A stretch of 64,000 bases of DNA from Patescibacteria group bacterium (lineage in GTDB: Bacteria > Patescibacteriota > Patescibacteriia > Magasanikbacterales > UBA922), in assembly GCA_041658785.1 (NCBI GenBank), contig JBAZZL010000001.1, positions 5,478 to 69,477 of the forward strand. Reading direction: 5' to 3'. The notes under the pieces were generated by a model, which did not search any database, was not told the origin of the DNA, and was given only the letters and a program-made list of their open reading frames with translations. Position numbers and translations under genes: made by a program. Every line of letters begins with the position of its first letter. Position 1 is the stretch's first letter. Below are positions 48,772-58,600 of this stretch, piece by piece.

Positions 48772-49533
48772 TTAAAATTCTATTATTGCCGCCGTGCCTT
48801 TAACGTTTTTCTCTGCCTTTAAAAATTTTATCCCCCCATTTTCTATGAGGCACTTTCCCTGGCCGGAATAAAACGTGAGTGTCAGTTTATTTTCTTCTAT
48901 TACCCGTCTAACAAATTTCAAACCATTGCCACGGTGTTCAGGCGAGCGGCCGGAGATGATTTCGGTAAAGGCCGTTCGTAGCGCTTCGGTATCATCGGCA
49001 ATGTTCGGGCGGATTTTTTTTAAAGTTGTCAGCACTCCCTGTCCTCTGTCTGCCAGCATGATAAGCCGTTCAGGCAAATCTACTTTAAAAAATACTCCAG
49101 GGATATCGGGCCAATTGCCCAAATTATGATCATATGAATTGTTGCCTATTTCTCCAATCACGGCTACAAGCAGGTATGATAGCGATTCGTCTAATCCGCT
49201 GTCAAGTAATGCCTTTAGTATTCGTTCGGTTCTAAATTGAAAAACATCTCTTGTCGGACAATAGAAGTCTTTATTGTTAATAATTTCCGCCTGAATATTA
49301 ATCACCCACAAAATTGTTTCTTGAATTAATCTTTCCTTTGGAGTCATTGGTAGATGATAAAGCACCCGCGGAGGAACACCGCTTTTTTGGATTAATTCTC
49401 GTTCTTGGAGTTTTTTTAATTGGCGAAAAACAGCCGGGGCGCTAAAACCAATAAAATCAATAATTTTTTTAGGTGTTGTCTGCCCTTGCTCTTGAATAAA
49501 TTTATATATTTTTTCAGCAGTATTTGTTCGCAT
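48772..49533 (-). CDS. Winged-HTH plus GHKL (histidine-kinase-like) ATPase protein
   Basis: N-terminal wHTH (KIIDFIGFSAPAVFRQLKKLQERELIQK). C-terminal Bergerat-fold motifs: N box EIGNNSYDHN, D box LADRGQGV, G2 HRGNGLKFV. Confidence 0.65.
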   Translation of the reverse strand: MRTNTAEKIYKFIQEQGQTTPKKIIDFIGFSAPAVFRQLKKLQERELIQKSGVPPRVLYHLPMTPKERLIQETILWVINIQAEIINNKDFYCPTRDVFQFRTERILKALLDSGLDESLSYLLVAVIGEIGNNSYDHNLGNWPDIPGVFFKVDLPERLIMLADRGQGVLTTLKKIRPNIADDTEALRTAFTEIISGRSPEHRGNGLKFVRRVIEENKLTLTFYSGQGKCLIENGGIKFLKAEKNVKGTAAIIEF

Positions 49534-49778
49534 ATTTCATAGTTTATGGTTTATTGTATATAAAATGTATTATAAACTATATACTTAATTTTGTCAATAC
49601 ACGGGTGTGGATAAACAAAAAATCCGCCTCATCAGCGGATTTTTTTGTCCTTATTCTTTGCCTCATTTGCTTTAGAGCTGAGAAAAAGAAAGGGAAACCA
49701 GCTTGTCTTGGATGAGACTTGAATCCTGTATCGATTCCTCCCGAAAATGTTTTTGCCCGCCCCGAAGTGAATCGAGGC

Positions 49779-49934
49779 GGGCGTTGTCCTACTTCTCCGC
49801 CTTTTCGGCAGGAGGTTCGGGGTTTGGCCGCCGAATGACCTGATTCGGCGGTTGGTTGGTGTAGGTGCGCATTGACCGGTCAAGGCCGAAACCCCCGCGG
49901 ATCTCATAGTGTATCCTCGGGATCCACACTTTTT
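49779..49934 (-). CDS. Small GC-rich ORF (51 aa) with a strong SD (AGGAGG about 7 nt upstream)
   Basis: Hand-translated MTRQKVWIPRIHYEIRGGFGLDRSMRTYTNQPPNQVIRRPNPEPPAEKAEK. Followed by the hairpin gcccgccccgaagtgaatcgaggcgggcg. No family recognised. Confidence 0.3.
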
Positions 49935-50114
49935 GTCTTGTCATGGCAAAACCTCCTAATTAAAGTTTTGCATATTTGTATATTTTGTAAATCATATTTA
50001 TCAATATATAAGTATAAGTTTGTTATAATTTGCTTATTTTTTATAAAATTATAAAATAATGTAAATTAAGATTGACATAATTTAAAGGATAAATTATAAT
50101 ATCATTGATATTAT

Positions 50115-50933
50115 ATGGACAAGAATTTAGAACAACTCGGTTTGGACAAAACAGAGTCAAAAATATATTTGGCTTTGCTTGAACTTGGCCCCTCAACCGT
50201 TAGTGAGATAACTAAAAAAGCCAGTGTGACGCGCACGCTTGGCTACCATGTGCTCCAAAAACTCGGCTGGTACGGGTTGGTGGATCGGGTTTCTGGACGC
50301 GGGAGCAAAATTATTTTTTCCGCGACGCATCCGCGCCAATTGGTTCAACACTTACAAAATAAAAAAAATACCTGGGAAAAAAAGTTGAAAGAGGCAGAGA
50401 AGCTCTTGCCAGAATTGATTTCTTTGTATAAAATTGCGGAGAAGCCGACGATTCGCTTCCAGGAAGGTTTGGTCGGGATTAAAAACACTTATAGCGAAAC
50501 CTTGGAATCAAAAACAGAGATTTTTTCTATTCTTGATATTGAGGGCTGGGATATTCCGGAGTTGCGCCAGTTTGGCAAGGATTACAACCGTGAACGAAGC
50601 AGACGAAGAATTAAAGAACGTTTTTTGATATTAGACACGCCCCAAGCCCGGGAATGGATGAAATTTTACAAGGGATCGTTAAAATACACGGATTATCGTT
50701 GGATTAGGTCGGATCAGCTACCCGGAATAGCGGAGTTCGGCGGGGAAATTAATATCTATGAGGATAAAGTGGCGATGATGCTCTTGAAAAAGCCCAACAG
50801 AATGGGTATAATGGCGCAGAGTTCGGCTTTGGCGAATATTTTGAAGGGGCTCTTTGAGCTCGCCTGGCAAGCAGGAACACCGGCGCGGAGAAAAAGACCC
50901 CGTAGTTCAACGGATAGAACAAGACACTCCTAA
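50115..50933 (+). CDS. TrmB-family transcriptional regulator (wHTH)
   Basis: N-terminal TrmB HTH (ESKIYLALLELGPSTVSEITKKASVTRTLGYHVLQKLGWYGLVDRV) plus a C-terminal domain. The ORF 3' end overlaps the tRNA-Arg gene by 38 nt, so the true stop is uncertain. Confidence 0.6.
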   Translation: MDKNLEQLGLDKTESKIYLALLELGPSTVSEITKKASVTRTLGYHVLQKLGWYGLVDRVSGRGSKIIFSATHPRQLVQHLQNKKNTWEKKLKEAEKLLPELISLYKIAEKPTIRFQEGLVGIKNTYSETLESKTEIFSILDIEGWDIPELRQFGKDYNRERSRRRIKERFLILDTPQAREWMKFYKGSLKYTDYRWIRSDQLPGIAEFGGEINIYEDKVAMMLLKKPNRMGIMAQSSALANILKGLFELAWQAGTPARRKRPRSSTDRTRHS

Positions 50934-50967
50934 CGTCTAGATACAGGTTCAATTCCTGTCGGGGTCA
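50896..50967 (+). tRNA. tRNA-Arg (CCT)
   Basis: Hand-folded: perfect 7-bp acceptor GACCCCG/CGGGGTC, D-stem GTTC/GAAC, anticodon loop CTCCTAA, T-arm ACAGG-TTCAATT-CCTGT, discriminator A. Confidence 0.75.
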
Positions 50968-51059
50968 CCGAGTTCATGATGCATGATGCACACAACACGA
51001 CCCAATTTGGACAATTCGTGATGAATCATGCTGTGTGCATCATGTATCGTGATAAAAAC
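50968..51059. repeat. MITE-like family 2 copy between tRNA-Arg and tRNA-Ala
   Basis: catgatgcatgatgcacacaacacgacccaatttggacaattcgtgatgaatcatgctgtgtgcatcatgtatcgtg aligns to 24123-24205. Confidence 0.65.
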
Positions 51060-51132
51060 GGGCTCGTAGCTCAGCTGGTAGAGCACGGCATTCGCATTGC
51101 CGGGGTCAGGGGTTCGAATCCCCTCGAGTCCA
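51060..51132 (+). tRNA. tRNA-Ala (CGC)
   Basis: GGGCTCGTAGCTCAGCTGGTAGAGCACGGCATTCGCATTGCCGGGGTCAGGGGTTCGAATCCCCTCGAGTCCA; G3:U70 pair present. Confidence 0.85.
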
Positions 51133-51237
51133 CTGTTTCGTGTTCATGATGTATAATACATGTAGCGTAATACATTACAATTGTATACACTAGTGTATAC
51201 AAAAATTGGTCAAAAGCCAATTTTTTATTATTTTGTC

Positions 51238-51440
51238 ACACGTGAAATAATCAATGGTATGAACCCCAGAATAAGCTTTGGGTCCTTGTTCCGCAACAAG
51301 CTGATGAGAATTAAATTGTTTTTTTGTCCGGCCCGTCTTCTCCAGCCCGCCAGCTGGCGGACGGGCGACGCAGGGTAAACTCCGTCAACTGGCGGAGACG
51401 GAACTTGTCCGGCGCAGCCCACAGGCGTAGACGGATTAAG
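51238..51440. repeat. Family 3 repeat copy (reverse complement of 31395-31500) split by a family-1-like insert (about 51300-51410)
   Basis: Termini align to both ends of 31395-31500. The insert carries cccgtcttctccagcccgccagctggcggacggg, related to 45-95. Confidence 0.65.
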
Positions 51441-51723
51441 GATTGATAAAATGTGTACAAATCTGTGGTTATGAGTGGTAGTATGTTAATAACTTTATCT
51501 GACTGGCAATAATAATCCTGCTATTTAAATTAAAAGGTTTTTTGTGGAACAAGAATTTAGAGATAAGTTTAAGATAAATAGGCGATTTAAGTTGAAAGAT
51601 AATAGATTTACGAAGCTATTTTAGATATAATTTATAAATTATTATTTATAATTTAGATATAAAATAATGTCGTACAATATAATATAGTTTATAAAGTTGA
51701 GAGCAGCGTTGAATAATTCAAAT

Positions 51724-51829
51724 GTCATTCCCGCCCCCGCCTGCGCGAGGATAAACTCCGGCGGGAATCCAGTCGCAATGCTGGATAAATTAGCCAATTT
51801 TCTGGATTCCCGCCTCCGCGGGAATGACA
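51724..51829. repeat. MITE-like family 1 copy
   Basis: gtcattcccgcccccgcctgcgcgaggataaactccggcgggaatccagtcgc ... ggattcccgcctccgcgggaatgaca. A related outer-arm remnant tttcgtaattcac lies at 51933-51946. Confidence 0.7.
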
Positions 51830-51993
51830 AATTAAAGCAAAATATCAATTATTCAACGGTCTAAAAGTTAAAAAGAAAGTAAGCAATCTGTCATTATGTG
51901 GTTGTCGCCGAATGACAATAAAGAGGTGGTTTCGTAATTCACAGTAATTACCAAACTTTTTAATAATCTTATTTTGTGGTATAATTTTTTTGT

Positions 51994-52650
51994 ATGAAAA
52001 AAATATTCACAGGATTAATAATCACTGCGCTGGTTTTGTGGACACAGCCAGTAAATACCGCAATGACTGGCGGGAGTTATAATATTCCTGTTGATAGTTT
52101 GATAATGTCAGAGGGTGATTTAATAATAGGCGGCAATTATTCGTTGGAGGGGGCGGTTGAGGGTATAAGCGCAGATGACACCAAGAGCGGAGGCGTCTAT
52201 TCATTGATTGGCGGTTTTGCCGGAGCGACTGGCTCCGGCTCATTAACCGTTTCTTTTAATAAAAGCTCTATCAGTCTGGATTTTGGAAGCAGTCCTGTTT
52301 CGATTGTTGCTAGCGACAGCTTGATACTTACTGTTACAGCCGACTCTATCACTGGATATGGCGCGACGATCTCTGAAAGCGGCAATTTGGCGTCAGGAGC
52401 GAATGATATAAACGACGTTTCCGATGGATCGGTTACGGCTGGTACAGAAGAATACGGAATTAGAACCAGCAGCGGCGATGGGTTGCTTGTAAGCGATACA
52501 GCGATTAATGGCTCGGTAGTAGTCGCATCTTCATATGTTCCAGTCTCAAATAGCCAAACTGCGGTTGTATTTAGCGCCGCCGCCTCGCAAAATACCAAGG
52601 CAGGCGCGTATTCCCACACTGTAACATTTACTATTACGGCCAATCCGTAA
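51994..52650 (+). CDS. Secreted protein, WxL-domain-like (C-terminal AGAYSHTVTFTITANP resembles the second WxL motif with W>F)
   Basis: Signal peptide. G/S/T-rich 218-aa beta-type sequence. C-terminal motif similar to AGxYxGTLTWTLxxxP of Gram-positive WxL surface proteins. Confidence 0.45.
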   Translation: MKKIFTGLIITALVLWTQPVNTAMTGGSYNIPVDSLIMSEGDLIIGGNYSLEGAVEGISADDTKSGGVYSLIGGFAGATGSGSLTVSFNKSSISLDFGSSPVSIVASDSLILTVTADSITGYGATISESGNLASGANDINDVSDGSVTAGTEEYGIRTSSGDGLLVSDTAINGSVVVASSYVPVSNSQTAVVFSAAASQNTKAGAYSHTVTFTITANP

Positions 52651-52766
52651 AAACATGATGCACGATTCACGCAGCATGACCCATGACATGATACATGAGG
52701 CAGATAGCATGAGGCAAGACGCGATGCATAATACGCGCAACAGGACTCAATTCGCCGTAATTCGTT

Positions 52767-55460
52767 ATGCATCATGCCGCGTGCGTTGCGCATCAGGTAG
52801 TTTGTATGTCTCGTTTTACCACAATCCTTTTATTTACTTCTCTAGTTTTGGGCAGTCTTTTTTTGGCCATGCCGTCCGCCATGGCCGTTACCATTTCTCC
52901 TGCGCGGCAAGCGGCAGTGATCAATCCTGGGCAGAGTCAGACAGTAATGGTGGAAGTGTTTAATGATGAAAGCGAGAGCAAAATTTTTGTTCCGGAGATT
53001 GATGCTTTTGCGATTGATGAGACAACCGGCGCGGCGATTTTTGGGCAGGAAGATGAAGCAAAAAATTGGATATCAGCGAACCCGCAAAAAATAGAACTGC
53101 GCCCCAATGAAGAGGGTGAATTTAATTTTATTATAGCTGTTCCTCTGGATGCCGAGCCAAGAAGCCGTTATCTTGGATTGTTTGTAAAACAAGAATCAAA
53201 AGAAGGCCGTGTGGCAGTAGATTCAAGGACAGGTTCGCTGTTATTTCTTCATGTTGCAGGCGTTGTTAATGAAGATTTAACGCGAGAAATATTTTCATTT
53301 GATCAAGATTGGACAACGAGCGGTCCTATTCAGCTGTCATTACGTCTGCGAAATAATGGCAACATCCATTTGATCCCCAAAGGACAGATTGTTGTTCGCG
53401 ACAGGCAGAACAATGAAATCAGAATTTTCACTATTAATCCAAGACAACGAAAGGTGCTGCCCAACGGCGCATGGGAAGATAAGTACGTTTTAGAAAGCGA
53501 GACAATAAAGGGGGCTTATGGTCCGATTCAAGCAACAGCGGAAATTATCTATGGGTTATCAGAAAAAAAAATTATGGATGTGGCAGTATTTTGGTTTGTT
53601 CCCAAATGGGCAATTGGTTTGGCTTTCATTCTAGCGCTTGGCGCAGCCATTATTTTTATTTGTTTCCGCCCGCCAAATCGGCGGGCGGGCGGCGCTCGGA
53701 ATGACAAACGCGCAAATCCTAAAAGTAATAGAAATAGAATTATGAGCCGAGATAGAAAAATTTTATTATCAACCATGAGTGTGTTATCGGCTTTCTTTTT
53801 TTTGTTTTTTGTTCATGCGGCGCAAACGGCTACCAGCCAAATTGATGTGAACGCGACAATTACCGCTATTTGCGGCAATGGGAGTATTGATAGCGGCGAA
53901 GAATGCGATGACGGTAATATTATAAATGGAGATGGGTGTTCTTCAGTTTGTAAAACAGAAAGCAGCGGAGGCGGTGCGTTGCCAGTCGCACCTCCAGTAG
54001 AGCCGCCGGTTGAACCTCCGGTTGAACCGCCAGTAGAGCCGCCAGTAGAGCCGCAGGTTGAACCTCCGGTTGAACCGCCAGTAGAGCCGCCGGTTGAATC
54101 AGCATTTCATACTTCGCCAGGCGCTGGATCATCTGTCAGCGGCGCGTATATTCCTTTGCCGGTTGAGGATGTTATTGATAATGAATTGAATCTTAATCAA
54201 AGCGAACCCGAAAAAAAAATTGTTAATATTTTTCAGAAGAAAGCGAGGGAATTTGTCCAAAATGCGTTTAAATTTTTAGGTCTGGAACAGACTGCTAAAA
54301 AAATTGGCGAGCAGGCGGTGAAAATGATTGGGATGTTCAAGAGAACAGCAGATAATCCTATAGTTGAAAAAACAACAAGAAGACTGATTGCGCCAGGTGT
54401 TGTGGCCACTTCTGTTATTATAGTAACGCCATCGTTGTGGAGTATTCTTTTTCCTTTGCTGCGTTTTCTATTTCTGCAGCCATTGCTATTGCTTGGCAAA
54501 AGAAAGAGAAAAGAGTGGGGGGCGGTGTATAACAGTTTGACAAAAATGCCGCTTGATTTAGCAACTGTTCGGCTGATAGATCCAAAGACGCGCAAAATTC
54601 TTCAATCTCGGGTTACGGATAGAAAAGGAAGATTTTTATTTATTGCCGAGCCGGGCGACTATACGTTGGAAGCGGCCAAGCAAGGATTTCAATACCCAAC
54701 GAAATTGCTGGCAGGAATTAATGAAGATGGAAGAATTACGGATGTGTACCATGCCGAGCTCATACATGTAGAAGAAGCAAATACAAGCATAACTCCAAAT
54801 ATACCTGTTGATCCTGACGGGGAGACAAAACCTATTCGCCGCGTTGTCTTGGAGAGCAGGGTGCGAGTGGTACAGCATACGGTCTCCGTTTTTGGCATCG
54901 CGGCGACACTCATCGCTTTTTACATTAGTCCGGTGTGGTACGTGGCGGTTTTTCTCGCGGCGCATATTGGTTTGTATATTCTTTTCATTCATTATGTTAA
55001 GCCAAAGAAACCAAAGGGTTGGGGCATTGTCTATGATCAGTATGATAAAAAACCAATTGGCAGAACAGTCGCCAGGCTGTTTAGCAAAGAATACAATAAA
55101 TTGGCAGCGACAGAGCTGACTGATAAAAAAGGCCGGTACGCCTTTCTTGCGGGGCCAAATGATTATTATGTGACATTTGAAAAAGAAGGGTATAAAGAAG
55201 GGCGCACCAAGGACATCAATTTGAAAGAAGCAGAAGATGTTATTGTCAAAGAAGATGTTTCAATGGAAAAGAAAGGTGATGATTCAGCAAGTTTGTCTGG
55301 CAAGCAAATGCTGTCCAGCTATGAGAAAGTTTCTGATTTTATTGATAGCCAAAAGAGCGGAGAAGCAACAAAAGTAAAAGTAGACGAAGAGAAAAAAGCT
55401 TCGCCCGTTTCTCCTGCCGATAAATCTGAAGAGAGCGAAGACGCTGGTAATAAAAAATAG
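52767..55460 (+). CDS. Large surface/membrane protein: signal peptide, ectodomain of about 270 aa, TM, myxo-type Cys-rich repeat, (PVEPP)n linker, TM helices, two carboxypeptidase-regulatory-like domains, acidic tail
   Basis: CGNGSIDSGEECDDGNIINGDGCSSVC (TIGR02232-like). PPVEPPVEP x about 10 (54000-54100). VRLIDPKTRKILQSRVTDRKGRFLFIAEPGDYTLEAAKQGF and ARLFSKEYNKLAATELTDKKGRYAFLAGPNDYYVTFEKEGY (CarbopepD_reg-like). Confidence 0.7.
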   Translation: MHHAACVAHQVVCMSRFTTILLFTSLVLGSLFLAMPSAMAVTISPARQAAVINPGQSQTVMVEVFNDESESKIFVPEIDAFAIDETTGAAIFGQEDEAKNWISANPQKIELRPNEEGEFNFIIAVPLDAEPRSRYLGLFVKQESKEGRVAVDSRTGSLLFLHVAGVVNEDLTREIFSFDQDWTTSGPIQLSLRLRNNGNIHLIPKGQIVVRDRQNNEIRIFTINPRQRKVLPNGAWEDKYVLESETIKGAYGPIQATAEIIYGLSEKKIMDVAVFWFVPKWAIGLAFILALGAAIIFICFRPPNRRAGGARNDKRANPKSNRNRIMSRDRKILLSTMSVLSAFFFLFFVHAAQTATSQIDVNATITAICGNGSIDSGEECDDGNIINGDGCSSVCKTESSGGGALPVAPPVEPPVEPPVEPPVEPPVEPQVEPPVEPPVEPPVESAFHTSPGAGSSVSGAYIPLPVEDVIDNELNLNQSEPEKKIVNIFQKKAREFVQNAFKFLGLEQTAKKIGEQAVKMIGMFKRTADNPIVEKTTRRLIAPGVVATSVIIVTPSLWSILFPLLRFLFLQPLLLLGKRKRKEWGAVYNSLTKMPLDLATVRLIDPKTRKILQSRVTDRKGRFLFIAEPGDYTLEAAKQGFQYPTKLLAGINEDGRITDVYHAELIHVEEANTSITPNIPVDPDGETKPIRRVVLESRVRVVQHTVSVFGIAATLIAFYISPVWYVAVFLAAHIGLYILFIHYVKPKKPKGWGIVYDQYDKKPIGRTVARLFSKEYNKLAATELTDKKGRYAFLAGPNDYYVTFEKEGYKEGRTKDINLKEAEDVIVKEDVSMEKKGDDSASLSGKQMLSSYEKVSDFIDSQKSGEATKVKVDEEKKASPVSPADKSEESEDAGNKK

Positions 55461-55623
55461 TTTTTCTTAAAAAAAAATGACTTATTAACATGTCATTTTT
55501 TTGTTATTTATGATAGAATATAGATGAAATCATCAATGAATGCATCATTGAAGATTTCATTAATCAGCCCTGCTCGCGCGGCAAATATTTGTGAACGCGG
55601 CAGACGCCTAACTTACGAAATCC

Positions 55624-58600
55624 ATGTTTGTTCGTAAGCTTTTTTGGGCAATAAACAGAAAGGTTCAGAAAACAGATGAGAACCGCTCGTTTGTGTTTTT
55701 GGTTATTTGTATTACAGCATTTGCGAGCTTGTTTACTTTTCTCTTTTTGTTTGGCCTGCAGGGCAATCGGGTTGAAGCGGCTTCTCCACCAAGCATTATC
55801 ACTTATCAAGGCAAGCTTTTGCAAAGCAGCGCTTCGGTTACAACAACGAAAAAAATGGGGTTTTCTATTTACGATTCTTTGACCGGAGGCAATATTCTTT
55901 ATACGGCATCTGGAACTTTGGCTGCTAGCAATACTGTTAACATTATTCCGACTAATGGAGTTTTTTCAGTAGAAATTGGCAAGACTACAGGAGCGACCAG
56001 CACCAATTCTCTGGGTTCATCAATATTTCAAAATAATCAAAGTCTTTATCTTGAAGTAATTGTTGTTGATAGCGGGGCAACCACAACATTGTCGCCAAGA
56101 AAGCAACTGACTACTGCCCCTTACGCATTTAATTCTGAATACTTGGCAGGCGCGGCTGCGACGAGCACTGCTTCAACCACAACTTACATTCCTATTTCAG
56201 GCAGTGATGGCAGTTTTTCTTTTAATACCACAACGATTTCAAATTTAATTGTTTCTGGATTTGTCAGAACCTCATCAACTTTATTGTTGGGCTCGGCTGG
56301 CGGCAATGATGATTTGTTTATTGACGGAACGCGGGTTTTTGTCGGTACAAGCACTTGGGGCGGCGGCGCTGCCGGCTTGCTGGCGCTTGATGCTGACAAA
56401 GCGAATTTAATCGGTCTCTCCATTCGCGCCAATTCGTCAAAGAATGCTCTGGTCATTGAAGGCAGTAACGCGTCTTCTGTTTTCGTGATTGATGCCGCCG
56501 GCGGAGTTTCTGCCTCAAGCTCAATACGCGCGTACGGCAATGTTACTTCCACCGGTATTTTGTATGCAAGCAACGGTTTAATTTCCAGTGCGAGTTCAAC
56601 ATTTGCTTCCAATCTGCAAGTGACTGGCGGGGTCTGGGCATCTTCCACATTACAGGTTACCAACACCTCCACGCTATATAATGATTTACTTCTTGGCACT
56701 GCGGCCTTCGGTCATCTCACCGGCACCAACAATCTTTTGGTCAACGGCCAGTCCGAGTTTGACGGCACGGTTTGGTTTGATGGTTCGCTTCGCGCTTCAT
56801 CTACTTTGCTATCAACGGGACTTATCACTGCCTACGATTCAGTCTCGGTGGCGAAGAATGTAACTTCCACCGGCATTATCTACGGCTTGGGCGGGCTGAT
56901 TTCCAGCGCTTCATCCTCATTTGGCGGACTTTTGACTGCCTCCGGCGCTTTGGATGTGGAGGGAGCGATTACCGCGTCGTCTACTTTTCTTGTTGGCGGA
57001 TCATCCGGCTCTGACGATTTCTACGTGTCGGACGGATCGTCCCGTTTTGGCAATACTAACGCCAGCAGTAGTTTGGCGATTTATGGTTATGTAACTACGA
57101 CCGGCAACATTGAACCGCAGCATAATAATGCTTATGATCTCGGCAAATATAATAATGCCTGGCGGAATGTTTACGCGTCCGGCACTCTGATTGTCGGCGG
57201 CACGGGGACTTCCACTTTTGGCGGGGGCGTTCAGACCGCGACGTTGGATGTTACTTCCCAGAGCGCGAGCTCCACTTTTGCCAATGGTATTATTTTATCT
57301 AAAGGTTGCGTGCTCGTTGGCGGAACTTGTTTATCTGCCGGCGGTTCTGTCGCCGGTTCCGACGGTCAGATTCAATACAACAACGGCGGGGCATTTGGCG
57401 GCGCGAGCGCGCTGGTTTATGACGACGGCACCAATCGCGTGGGCATCAACAGCTCAACGCCACAGGCGCGGCTTTCGGTTGAAGACACGGCTGAACAATT
57501 CCGGCTCGGTTATAATTCTGGAAATTATGCGTCGTTTACTGTCGGCTCTAATGGGGTGCTTACTATCAACCCGTTAGCTTCAGGAACATCTGTCACCACC
57601 ACGTTGTCTGGCGGATTAACAGTTGACTCTAATAGTTTAATAGTTGATTTTTCAACGAATCGGGTGGGCATTTCAACATCTTCTCCCTCGGCTCTTTTTG
57701 CCGTCGGCGGCAACGCTTTTTTCTCCGGCGATATTTCCAATGTCGCGAACATCACCGCCACCGGCACGGTTAATTTCACCGGTGCGGCGGTAACAACGAC
57801 GATCTCGGGCGGATTGGTGGTGGATTCTACGACGTTGGTGGCGGATTATTCGACGAGTCGAGTGGGGATTGGGAACGCATCACCGGGGGCACCACTTCAT
57901 GTTTTGACTAATTCAAGTGGCAGAACAATACGATTAGAAGAAAATTCTGGAGGGGAATATGTGGAGTTTGGAATCAATAGCAGCGGCGATTTTACCATTT
58001 ATGATGATATAAACCTTCCATTATTTACCGTCAACAATCTTAATGGCTATGTGGGAATAGGAGATACGGATCCGGATGGGATGTTGGAGTTATCGTACGA
58101 CGGCGGGGTAAAGCCGTCCTTCTTGGTCAGTTCTTTAGATAATAATGATGGCGATGTTTTTGTTATTAATTCCAGTAAATATGTTGGTATTAACTCTTCT
58201 ACCCCCCAAGTCCGATTGGCGGTAGAGGACACGGCCGAACAATTCCGCCTTGGTTATAACTCTGGCAATTACGCTTCGTTTAGCGTGGTTGCCGACGGCG
58301 CGCTAATTATTACTACGGCCGGTACGGATGAAGATATTACTTTGCAAACAGGCTCGTTCAGCAATGCTTTGTTTATTGACGATTCAGCCACTACTGTCGG
58401 AATCAATTCATCAACTCCTTGGGGCAAGTTTTCTGTGGAAATGGATACAGTAAATCCAGCGTTTGTTGTCGCTAACAGCGGTTCATCAACGCCGGCACTG
58501 TTTGTCTCCGGCGTTAACAAGATGGGCAGAATCGGCATGGGCACGGTCGCCCCGGGAATATCAACCGGCAATGACCCAGTCCTTACTTTGGAGAGCGCGA

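Noticed and set aside
49632-49907. 91-aa minus-strand ORF
   Set aside because: A different frame in the same GC-rich patch contains a shorter ORF with a near-perfect SD (49779-49934). The 91-aa frame has no RBS and an Arg/Ser-rich composition typical of GC-rich out-of-frame reads.
51181-51422. ORFs 51181-51378(+) and 51228-51422(-)
   Set aside because: They span the nested repeat copies (family 3 plus insert). Repeat-derived.
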